Origin: Squalus acanthias
Taxonomy: Eukaryota
Assembly (NCBI GenBank): GCA_030390025.1
Contig: CM059431.1
Span: forward strand, 118,980,001-119,044,000
DNA length: 64,000 bases
Reading direction: 5' to 3'
In this document: positions 39,267-50,383 of the stretch, one piece after another
Layout of the letters: each line of letters opens with the position of its first letter
How positions within the stretch are numbered: the first letter of the stretch is position 1
The notes under the pieces: model-generated
Told to the model about the DNA's origin: nothing
The model's input: the letters and a program-made list of their open reading frames with translations, nothing else
Database searches by the model: none
Translations under genes and position numbers: made by a program

Positions 39267-39936
39267 CTTTAAGGGGCAGCAGATCGCAAGTGCAGTCCCA
39301 GGGGTTGTCCTCCAGCAGAATTTCAGCGACCCCGGGGATCAGCTCCAAAATCCCTTCGTAAGGCAGCGTTTTCAGCCTGTTTCCCCGGAGATCGAGATGT
39401 GTGATGGGCACGCTCTGGAACAGGTCAGCTGGGAGAGAGGTGATGAGGTTGTCATTCAAAATCAGAACCTCCAGCTTGTTGAGGTCCTGGAAAGCCCCCG
39501 GGTCGATGTCCCTGAGCAGGTTGAAATCCGCCTGGAGGTACTTCATATCATCCAGCCCCAGAAAGGTGTGCCTCCTGAAGCCTTTAATCTTGTTGTTGTT
39601 GATGTGCAGCCGTTTCACCAGCTGCAGCCCCAGAAAAGCCCCCGGGATGATGTCGTGCAGGCCGTTGTTCTCCAGGTGCAAAGTGACCGCGCTGTAAAAG
39701 TTGGCGAACTCGTTGGGGAAGAGTTTGGACAGCGAATTACTGTGCAGGAGGAGTTCGTAGAAGCGGGAGGTGGGCGCGCTGTAATTCTGCAAGTTGGAGA
39801 TGCCTCTCCTCTCGCAGTCGATGTGCAGGACGCCTTCCACCTCGGTGCAAGTGCACAGCTCCTCGCAAAGGTCCGTCGTCGGATTGCCCCAAGCCAAGCC
39901 CAGAATGATCTGCACCAGCGCAAACCACGGCAGCAT
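39267..39936 (-). CDS. SLITRK1: SLITRK1-like, coding exon 1 (signal peptide, LRRNT, first LRR block, start of LRRCT)
   Basis: MLPWF...[47 protein letters not shown]...[19 protein letters not shown] closely matches recalled vertebrate SLITRK1. It ends at the donor AAAG|gtgagg (phase 1). Start placed at AAAATG 39936; an in-frame ATG also exists at 39963. Confidence 0.93.
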
Positions 39937-41450
39937 TTTCAGACAGTTGCATCTGCCTCCCATCTCATGCCATGAATTGTTTCAGCTGAATTTCAATTAA
40001 ATAAAAAATATTTTGCACGCACGCACACATATATATATATATAAAAAACAACCAACAGATCCGAGCCCGGGAAGTTGCTTGTCAATCCTGACACAAGTGT
40101 GTCGGTACGCAGCACCAGCAGAAACGCAATACTAGGCAAAGCCCCGGTAGTTTTCTAAAAGAATAGGCATCGCAAAAACTGCAAACAGCAAGCAAGTACA
40201 TAATCAGGCATTTACAATCCGGTTACGGTCACAGTGCTCTCTTGTTTCCTTACCGCCGTCCCCCGCAGACTACAAGAAATATATCATTCCAGATTCACTC
40301 AGTTGCACTTGGCACCTGATCCCATGTCCCAGACGTTTCGCTGGCCGCTGAAGAGACAACGTGCTGGAGAGAGAGAAATTCTGCAATCTCTGCATATTCC
40401 GCCAGCCTCTCTGCCTTTCTTTTTGTCTGTGTGTGTGTGTGTGTGTGTGTAAAGGGAAGCGCTAAGCGGCTCTGATCGTTCCAGTTTGGTGCCCGCTGGA
40501 AGAGCTCGCACCCTCTGCCGAGCCGTGCTGGCAAAAAAAAATCCCGTCTGATCAGGGAATCGGTGGGCGAAAAATCAATTCACACAACCAGCCAAATGTT
40601 GGCATCAAAGCGGTCGATCCGTTGAGCCCAAACAGATTCACTTGGAGCAGAAAGATTTTCCCCCCACGTCTTTATCTTTCCGAACCTCACTGCTGGCAAA
40701 GTAGATGTGGACTGTGTTTTGTACCCACAGCTTGGATTCAATTACAGAGGCAAGGCGTCAACTGACTATCAGTAAGGGGTAATTATATCTCTCGCTAGTT
40801 CTGTTTATTGCAGAAAACTCCTTGGATTTCGCCCTCCCCCCCTCTTCTCTCTCTCTGAGCAGCGCCTCTCTCCCGGACACTTCAGCAATGGTCTGGATCA
40901 GAAGGGAGTGTTTGATTAAAGGACTGACTACCAGAGACTGCACATAGGGCTTAGCACGTATGTTTGTGTGGCTATGTTATGTGCGTCTGCACATTGGGCT
41001 GAATGCATGCACGCAGTTGTCTTCCTTACGTACAACACCCAGCGTGTGTCAGTCCACAGATCAACTGGACGTAAAATATAAAAGGGAATGACGCTGGTTT
41101 AGCAACTTTTCAAGTGGGCGAGCCGGGTTGCAATTCAGCTAACTTCACTTTGCAGATTTTTTTTTTGGGGGGGGGGGGGATTTTTTTTGTTTGAAATGAA
41201 TGCTAATTGACACGTCCGGTCTTTGGAGAAAATCGCAATGCAATAGTTAAAACCGCCGGGAAATAGCAGCGCTCGCCTTTAACGCGCTGAACAAAAGCGC
41301 CAATTGTTTTTTATTCGCGGCCACAGCGAGAAGGGCGCTAGCGCTGTCAGTCTGCGGGACACAGCTGTATGTTCATTTTGATTTTTTTTTGTTTGTTGGT
41401 TCTTGCATAATATCGGAAGGATTTCCCCTCGCCCGTGCTTTCTTTAAAAG
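39270..41450. promoter_or_regulatory. CpG-rich region over exon 1 and the putative promoter of the SLITRK1-like gene
   Basis: Visibly higher CpG density than flanks; no recognisable TEs; contains (TG)n at ~40427-40450. Confidence 0.55.
39986..40253 (-). other. Possible 5'UTR intron of the SLITRK1-like gene
   Basis: Candidate donor CG|GTAAGG at 40253 and acceptor tattttttatttaattgaaattcag at 39986; no transcript evidence. Confidence 0.4.
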
Positions 41451-43631
41451 CTGAATTAGATGTTGAACAACCAAATAAATTGATTTAACTCAATTTTGGC
41501 AAATGGCAACAGCTGCCGCAGTTCATTGGATCCCGAACAGTAAAAGATTACGAAAATGGCAGCAAAACAGTGCAGAAGCAACTATTGCAACGTTATAATA
41601 AAGGCTGTGTACACAGCCATCGGATAGCTTTATATTCTGCTGCAATTTGCAATGTGACGCTATAGAACGAAAAGAAACCATAATCATTAACTTATTGCTC
41701 CCCCCCCCCCCCCCCCCGCCATCCAAGTTAAATTGAATCTATTTAATGTTGTCATTTTTACTGTGGTCACATTTGATCTGCAGTTCTACTATTTTAATCT
41801 TTGTAATCTAAGGGAAAAATGAAATTGGCTCTCATTGCCAATGTTTTTTTTTACCATTGTGTGGACATACAATCAGATCTGAAATCTTTATGACAGAATA
41901 GATTTTGCCATGAATGATTCGATTGCAGCATGAACAGGTAACTACTGTGGAACGCGAAGATTTTTATATAATAATCCAAACTGCATCTTGCAGGAGGCGT
42001 TTGTACGAATACTATTTCTGATGTTCAGGTACTGGCTATGCAGGACTGAAAAAAAAATGATACTACTGGAAATGAATGCATGCAAATGATATTTAATCAG
42101 AACTGTGCAGTGTATAATGTGCCATTAGCAGCAAAATAACCAGTTTAAAAATGATTGAAGCTTTGACATTCCTTTGCATTCGTCTCCTCTGCAGTAAAAG
42201 TAATCGGTCAAAAATCAAATCTAATGATCAAAATTCTAAAAATACTGTTCTTCTGAAAATCTCTACCGAGTTTCTATTAAAAGAAAAGTTGAACTTATTG
42301 ACACAAAATAATAAAAGCTTGCAAAAACAAAAAAAAAAGTCCTTCCATGTTATTAATTTAATTTAATTAAGGTTCTTTACACATTTGATCAATATATTGA
42401 TATGTATAAGAAAATATTGCCTAGGAAGATTATTTATAGCTTTGAAGTCCTATCCATTTTAGCAAAAGATATTTGTCCTTCTAATCTTGCACTTGAGGAT
42501 TCATTACGAACTATGCAGCATATTTCATAGATGTAGAGAATTCCTGATCTATAATAAAAACGGTAGGGTAAGAATAGATTATAAAAGGCATAGAGATGCC
42601 ATAACAGCCTACGCCATCCTGCTGCAGCAACTGCAAAGGCAACCTGAACCAAATGAAGATTGATGACAAACAAGGAAAGTTAATAATGAGAGGGTAGAGG
42701 CTGATACAGCACATGCAGTCTGCACAACAGCAATTCATACTGGAAAGGAAGCTGTCACCTCTGCATTACTCAGCTCTTTATATTTTATGCATATAACCCA
42801 AAGTAAACAAAAAAAAGAGAATCAAGAAAGCAGTTCAAAGCATTCTAATCCTGTTGCACTTAAAATGAGTCTACTTGTAAATATAGCACCCATTATTAAA
42901 ATCTAGTTTGCGGCGAAAGTCACCATGCTTGATGTAAATGGTTAATTGAAATGGCTCTTGAATCAGTCTGCTGAAATTAACCATGACTGTGGTCTATATT
43001 TAACTAATTTCAGAGCTGATGATTTATATCACCAAAGGCAGCTAATGTTGTGTTTCAGATTATTTCATGACATACTGTACGCCGATCAGTAAGTATTTGT
43101 AAGCTTAATTATAGTCAAACTCCTTCTATTTGGGCTGACAGTGATATTCTAAAAAAGCTTGGCTGGAACAGCCTGGCAACTGCAGTGTTGGATTTCATAC
43201 TGCACACTTACATTTTGATCGCTAGTCTCCACTGGCATTTGTATTTGGAGAATTTGACAGTATCATGGGATAGAGGGAGGTAAAAAATCATTGTGTGGAG
43301 GAATAAGAAACCCTCCCAGTTTGCACTGTGCAAGAATGCTTCCTGGTGAAAAGGCAATTATAGCAACAGTGGAAAGGTCTGTGAGGATGGTATTACCCAC
43401 TCTCCAATGGAAAAGGATACTCTGCACACAAGGGGAATAAGTGGGAAGAATGGGATAGAGCTTTAAAGTAACTTTTATTACCATGAGTTGATGTAAATTG
43501 TTATCCAATTTCTAATTATTAAAATAAAATGTAATGTTTGGAATCTTACAGTTCATTAGAAACCAGCATTAAGGCTGCTGTCCAGAGGAGGGAAACTAGA
43601 TAAGTGACAAGTTAAACATTTTAAAGACAGC

Positions 43632-44212
43632 GGGCAGGAGTTTCTGCTCGGTTGTGCTGTTTTTTTCAGCTCAATTCGCCAAAACCAAATCAGCCAAACC
43701 AGCACAAAAGATCGAAGAATTTCAAGCACAAATTAAGTCCAGCGCAGATCAAATTTCCGCAATCTCTTGCGCTAGTTTAAAAAAGCATCTCGCTAGAAGA
43801 CGGCCCTGCCCACAAACCTGGCCATGCCCCCGATCAAATTAATCGCCATGGCGAGTTTCCGCTTACTGCGCCCGTTTGCGGGCCTTCAAGGAGGCTCTAA
43901 AAATTAAGCTTTTTTTAGGCATGTTTTAAAAGCTTTTAAATATATGTTTTTAATTTACTAAGAAATTGATTACTGTACACCAATGTAACTAGTAAATGGT
44001 TCTGTATAGTTTTTTTAAAAAGTAATTTTCAGTTATTTAAAATCAAGTTACTAACAGGTGCTGGACTTGACACTTTGATTAAAAATACTTATTTTTTGTG
44101 ATAAACCCATTTTCAGCTGTATTAATAAATCTGTACCAGGTTAACACTCTTAAATATATCAAGGAATATTTTTTATTGCAAAATAAGAAAATTACGTTCT
44201 GAAACACTGCCC
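43632..44212. mobile_element. Non-autonomous Harbinger-type element
   Basis: Ends GGGCAGGAGTTTC / GAAACACTGCCC; CpG-rich left part and A/T-rich core. Confidence 0.6.
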
Positions 44213-44243
44213 AATTGTGCTTGTTCATGAAGGATTTTATGTT

Positions 44244-46095
44244 CATAGAATCATAGAAATTTACAGCACAGAAGGAGGCCATTTGGCCCATCTTGTCCGT
44301 GCCGGCTGAGAAAGAGCTATCCACCCTAATCCCGCTTTCCAGCACTTGGTCCGTATCCTTGTAAGTTACAGCACTTCAAGTGCATATTCAAGTACTTTTT
44401 AAATGTGATGAGGGTCTCTGCCTCTACCACCCTTTAGGCAGTGAGTTCCAGACCCCCCCAGCACCCTCTGGGTGAAAAAATTCTCCTCAAATCCCCTCTA
44501 AACCTCCTACCAATTACTTTAAATCTATGCCCCCTGGTTAGCAACCCCTCTGCTAAGGGAAATAGGTCCATCATGTCCACTCCATCTAGGCCCCTCATAA
44601 TTTTATACACCTCAATTGGTCTCCCCTCAGCCTCCTTTGTTCCAAAGAAAACAACCCCAGCCTATCCAATCTTTCCTCATAGCTAAAATTCCCCAGCCCA
44701 GGCAACATCCTCGTAAATCTCCTCTGCACCCTCTCTAGTGTAAGCACATCCTTCCTGTAATGAGGTGACCAGAACTGCACGCAGTATTCTAGATGTGGCC
44801 TAACTAGTGTTTTGTACAGTTCCAGCGTAACCCCCCTGCTCTTATATTCTATGCCTCGGCTAATAAAGGCAAGTATCCCATATGCCTTTTTAAGCACCTT
44901 ATCTAACTGTCCTGCTACCTTCAGGGATCTTTGGACATGCACTCCAAGGTCCCTCTGATCCTCTGCACTTCTCAGTGTCCTACCATTTATTGGCCCGGAT
45001 TTTCTGATCTGGAAAAAAGTCTACAAACTTACCTGCTGGCTCCGTAGGTCCCGACACTTCCGCTCCTGGGGTTCTCCTGGTGCATGCGTGCAGAGGCCCA
45101 GGTATCCCAGAGGCGCAGGCAGTTCGCAAGTGTCCCTGGGATCACGTGGGCCATGGGGAACCAATCAAGGAAGGGAATCCCCCTTCACTCCTGTCAAAAG
45201 TATGACTGGGGATCACTCAAAAAACAAACTAAAACATTAAATATATATTTTTTTTAAATCACGTATTTAAAATTTGTTAAAATCACATTAAATTAAATAT
45301 TTTAAACAAAAGTTTAATTTTTTGAAAAAAATAATTAAAGTTTTTTACGGGGCTAAAAATAAACTTACCTGTTTTAAAAGTATTTTAAAATTATAAATAA
45401 GTGAAAAAAAATATTTTTTTTACTTTTTTAATCTCATGCTGGTAAAAGCAGGCCTTACGCACGCTTTTACCAGGTGTAAGATTTTTAAAGGTTTTCAGCG
45501 GGCGGAGGTTGTGCAGAAAGTGGAACTCTCCACCCGCAGAGGCCCTTCTCCAGAGCAGGCGGAGAATCTGTCAAGAGGATTCTTGACAGATCGGAAGTGC
45601 CGGTTTTCAGCGCATGCGCTTTGCATGCCTGAAACCGGCACTTGCGAGGCCCCTACGGGTGGTCGGAAAATATGGGCCATTGTGTATTCCCTGGCCTTGT
45701 TAGCCCTCCCCAAATACATTACTTTACACTTCGGATTGAATTCCATTTGCCACTGTTCTGCCCACCTGACCAGTCCATTGATATCTTCCTGCAGTCCACA
45801 GCTTTCTTCTTCATTATCAACCACTCGGCCACTTTTTGTATCATCTGCAAACTTCTTAATCATACTTCCTACGTTCAAGTCCAAATCATTGATATATACC
45901 ACAAAAAGCAAAGGACCCAGTACTGAGCCCTGCGGAACCCCACTGGAAACAGCCTTCCAGTCACCAAAACACCCTTCGACCAAATACCCTTTGTTTCCTG
46001 CCTCTGAGCCAATTTCGGATCCAACTTGCCACCTTGCCTTGGATCCCATGGGCTTTTACTTTCGTGACCAGTCTGCCATGCGGGGCCTTATCAAA
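44244..46095 (-). mobile_element. CR1 LINE 3' portion interrupted by a Harbinger-type element
   Basis: catagaatcatagaa tail; [39 protein letters not shown]. Confidence 0.9.
44992..45678. mobile_element. Non-autonomous Harbinger-type element
   Basis: TIRs GGCCCGGATTTTC / GAAAATATGGGCC; perfect ATT TSD; internally homologous to 28834-29572. Confidence 0.88.
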
Positions 46096-46589
46096 ACCAG
46101 TTGGATCCAAAATTCAGCAATATGCAAATAAGTTTGAGCAGAAACTTGAGCAAAAAAACTTCTTCAAACTTGTGCAATTTCAAGTTCAATTTGTGCCCGG
46201 ATCACCGATTGTGCCCAAAGCAGAAACTCTTGGCCATATTGTTTCAAGTAGATTATGCAATGCAGGCAGCAAAGAAACCAATAAACTGAAATATTATTTA
46301 GAAGTCATATAATAACACAACTTAGGTAAAGGACCAGGGCTCATTGTGCAGAACACTATTAAAATTAAAAAGACTAGGAGAGAAGTTGAGGTAAATCAAG
46401 AAGTAATGCATCTTTTATCAGTAATGATAATATATGTTCATTGCAGCTGCATACGCAAAGCAGTAGACACAAGTTTACAGAAAGATTTATTTAAGATTGT
46501 CTTTGAAAATGTGTGCATTGCAGTAACCCTCATTTTAACACACAGGAATGCATCAGGCTAGAGGATGCATTGTGGTCCATTGTGGTCAG

Positions 46590-47060
46590 GTCACATAGTT
46601 CAAAACATACCATCCTATTTTATACCTCTTAATCTAGTCTTTCACGAAAACCACCTCTCTCTTTAATTTGCTCCCTCCATGGGGAGTCTGTTCTGCAAAT
46701 TCATCACCTCTTTTGTGGAGTAGTGAAATCTAAACTGTCTCTTCACCTCCCCTGTTCTGAACTCAAGTTTGTGCCTCACATTAGAGTTTCTGGTTATGTC
46801 AAAGAAATTATTACGGTTCAGTTTATGCCCATTAGAATCTTGAAAATGTAGATAAAGTCTCTTGAGCTATTTTTTTCCTCCGTGAGTCTCTCCTTGTAGT
46901 TCAGTTGCCTCGTCCCTGGTATCAGTTCAGTGGTCCTCCTCTATACCCTCTCCAAAGCTAGGATTCTGCCACTTTAACGCACTGATTATAATTGTACACC
47001 CTACTCCAAGTGGAGTCATATCAGTGCTGTATATAAGATCACTATTACTCTATAGGACTT
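46590..47060 (-). mobile_element. Highly decayed CR1 3' fragment
   Basis: ctctataccctctccaa and tactccaagtggagtc resemble the CR1 ORF2 C-terminal region. Confidence 0.5.
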
Positions 47061-47377
47061 AGGTTGTATCTCACTCTCTATACACGCCAAGGTAAAGTGA
47101 AGAGGCAGGGTGAAGTAAGCTCAATGCTTGCTAATTTATCTTGGGCCAACCTTTACGGATCTTCCAGATTCATTATGCATGGCAAGTACCTGGCCCATGT
47201 TGGGCTTGGCACTGGAAGTTTGCTGGGGGAGAGGGAAGAAAGTGAATGACGGCAGCCCTTAAAACACTACAGATAAAATTTAAAGGAATATTTAAAATAT
47301 ATTATTCAACTTTTAAATGACTGCATTGGAGAAAAAAAGGTAATGCAGCCAGAGTAAACACAGAGGCAGTAAACCAA

Positions 47378-47950
47378 AGCCACAGTTTTAACTGGGGGCG
47401 GAAGTTGTGCGGGCGGGAGCCGAGGCAAGAGGCAAACCGTCCGGAACTCGGCAGCCTGAGGCACAGGAGATTTTAGATCCTGGGCCTCATCTTTATTGGC
47501 CCCGCTGGTCTCCCGGCTGAACTCGGCAGTAAGTGTCGGCTGGGATTGAAGGAGCAGACCCCAGCACTCAGGTAAGTGGTTGGGAGGAGGTTCAGGAGGG
47601 CCTCGCACCTCGTGGTAAGGATAGGGGAATCCCAGGGCAGGGGAGGCCTAATGTTTCCTGGTGGGGCCAAGAGGAGCACTCCTCCTGGCCCCATAAGGAA
47701 AGCAAACAATTGGCACAGGCTCCTCTTCCCACTAGGTTGGCCTGAAAGGCTTCGGGTTAAAATTGCAGTTGGGGCCCAATGATTTCATCGGCTCCTGATG
47801 TGCATATTTAAAGAAGGTTCCCACTAGCCTCCTGTGGGTGTCCCTCTTGCCTGCTCATAAGAGCAGGTTATGATCAGAACCTGTGTGAAGACAGCAGGAT
47901 TGGTGCAGGAAAGTCCTACAGACCATTTTACCTGCCTGCCCAGTTTCCTC
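47378..47950. mobile_element. Decayed non-autonomous Harbinger-like element
   Basis: GC-rich, with ggcggg motifs and an internal CAG|GTAAGT; ends not clean. Confidence 0.5.
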
Positions 47951-48242
47951 CCAGAGAAAAGTAATGCAGTATGCCTAGTGGGAAGTGATAATCAAGTTCA
48001 TTGCTGAATGCACTGCCAGCATGAGTTGAGGTCAGATGTAGAAGAAGTAGGCACTTCTTAAGGAAGCTGCCAATGTAAGAATACCCAATAGTACCAGTTA
48101 CCAGCTAGATTTCAAAAGTATGCCTGCCAGAAAGTGTTGTCTGTCAACCTGTTGCCCATTTACTGCTGGTCCATTGCACGGCCATACAACTCTATCATCG
48201 TTGACCATGTATATCCATACTCCAGCAGGGCACACCTTCAAG

Positions 48243-48706
48243 AAAAGAAAGACTTGCATTTATATAGCGCCTTTCACGACCACCGGACGTCCCAAAGCGC
48301 TTTACAGCCAATGAAGTACTATTTTGAAGTGTAGTCACTGTTGTAATGTTGGAAACGTGGCAGCCAATTTGCGCACAGCAAGCTCCCACAAACAGCAATG
48401 TGATAATGGCCAGATAATCTGTTTCAGTGATGTTGGTTGAGGGATAAATATTGGCCTGGACACCAGGTATAACTCCCCCACTCTTCTTCGAAATAGTGCC
48501 ATGGGATCTTTTACATCCACCTGAGAGGGTAGACAGGGCCTTGGTTTAACATCTCATCCAAAAGATCACATCTGACAGTGCTGCAGTCCATTGGTACTGC
48601 ATTGGAGTGTCAGCCCAGATTTTTGTGTTCAGGTCCTGGAATGGGACGTGAACCCACAACTTTCTGACTCAGAGGCAATTGTGCTACCAACTGAGCCACT
48701 GGCTGA
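48243..48706 (-). mobile_element. Full-length tRNA-headed Deu-domain SINE (SacSINE1-like)
   Basis: tRNA head (tggctcagttgg...gggttcacgtccc on minus), Deu core, L2-like 3' end with (CTTT)n. Confidence 0.88.
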
Positions 48707-50383
48707 CCTTGGCAACCTGACAGTTTCAAGGGGCTTCACACATACAAGAATTGTAACACAGCCTAACTGCATGATACTTAATGACTTATTGATACACATG
48801 ATGGGCTGCAGGTTGAGCACATGTCTGCTAGTGTGCATGTGCTCCTTCAGTTTACAACATCTAACAACCACTTCAATGACAAGATGATACAGAGTACAAG
48901 TGGAAGGACCTGAACTTGAGGAAAGCTCAGATATTATAATTTTTACATTTTTTTTTGAAGAGATCACTCTGGACATCCTTGTATAGAAGAGCATGGACAG
49001 AATAGGACAAAGTGAAGCCATAGGGTTTTCGCAAGCTCAGGCGCGTATGTCTGGATCCCCATATCAATCACAGACACTATTATGTAATGCAAGCTCTGAT
49101 TGAAGATGTGTCCTGGAGCCACTATTCTGATGTTTCTCCCTTCTCTGTCATTGTAGGACTGGATTAACAGTCTCCTTGCACTGTCAGCAGCCCAGAACAG
49201 AACAACATGCTACAGCATCTTCAAGTGCTTGCAAGAACCATCCTGGGGAATGCAGCTAATGAGCTTGAAGCAGTAACACTGAATGAGTCATAGTATATAG
49301 GCGAGGAGGAGTATAGGATGGTGACAGAGGAAGACTAGGAACCTGCTGCCTGAATGACCAAATGGATACCATCAATGACCCTTTGTTCGGAAGAAATGCC
49401 GCAGTACAGTGAAGCTGGCCAGCCACGTATTCAGTGGACAAACAGAAGGAAGTGCTGACTGTGCTGACTGATGTCTCAGTTCAATACATATGTGGGCAGC
49501 ACATCGACTGATTCTGCAGTTGATCCATGATCCCTATGCTGGTCGGAAGTAGTTGGAGGTACAAAGGTTGAGTGCAGTGGTGCCCTTGCCTGTCTTTGCT
49601 GGAGATTGGCTACTGTTGTCCTTACAAGAGATGGCATAGCTGCTCAACTGGCTCTGTGTTAACCTGGAGCCTGCAGCGGTAGTTGTTCTCAGTCGCTGGC
49701 AAGTAGGTGTGTTAGTGGCTGCAGATATGGTTGGTGGCAGAATGGTGGGTATATGGGCATTTCGGCATATGTATCTGCTGATCTCTCTTGCATGCCTTCT
49801 TTAATCTAGTACATGTTAACATTGAAATATTGCAGTTGGGGCCCTTTAAAAGCAACCCCTGTCATTAATGTTGAATTGTCCTGTTAACCCGCATGGGTCT
49901 CAGAAGCATTCAGATGGCTTATTACTCATGGAGCTGGAGGTAAAGTTTGTATTGTAAGAGTCCCTTTCCATATTCACTTTCTTTTTTTTACCATTTTACT
50001 GTTCTGCTGACCTCTGGTAAATATTTCAGGCTTCCAGGAATTTTGCAGACAATATTCATCTTTTTGTACCCGCATCAACATTCCAAAAATGTTTTGGCGT
50101 CACAAAAAAAAAGCAAAGCAATCCAATCAAAGAAGAGCAGAAAATACAAGGAAAATAACAAAGTAAGTTTTTAAAAAGCAGAAAAAGCCACTGAGAAATA
50201 AATAATTCAGCAAGCCTCTTCCCCTTTAAGAGCTTATTTCTGCACAGAGCTACTCTTTGCATCTACTGCATATGAGCTACCTGAGTGTGCAGTGCGATCC
50301 CATTGCAATCGATGGAAATCATGTGTGCTCTGATTTCCATACATTAGGGCTTATTTAAATATTGAAATAAATTCTCACACATA

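Noticed and set aside
39397..40000. Plus-strand ORFs antisense to SLITRK exon 1
   Set aside because: Shadow ORFs of GC-rich coding sequence.
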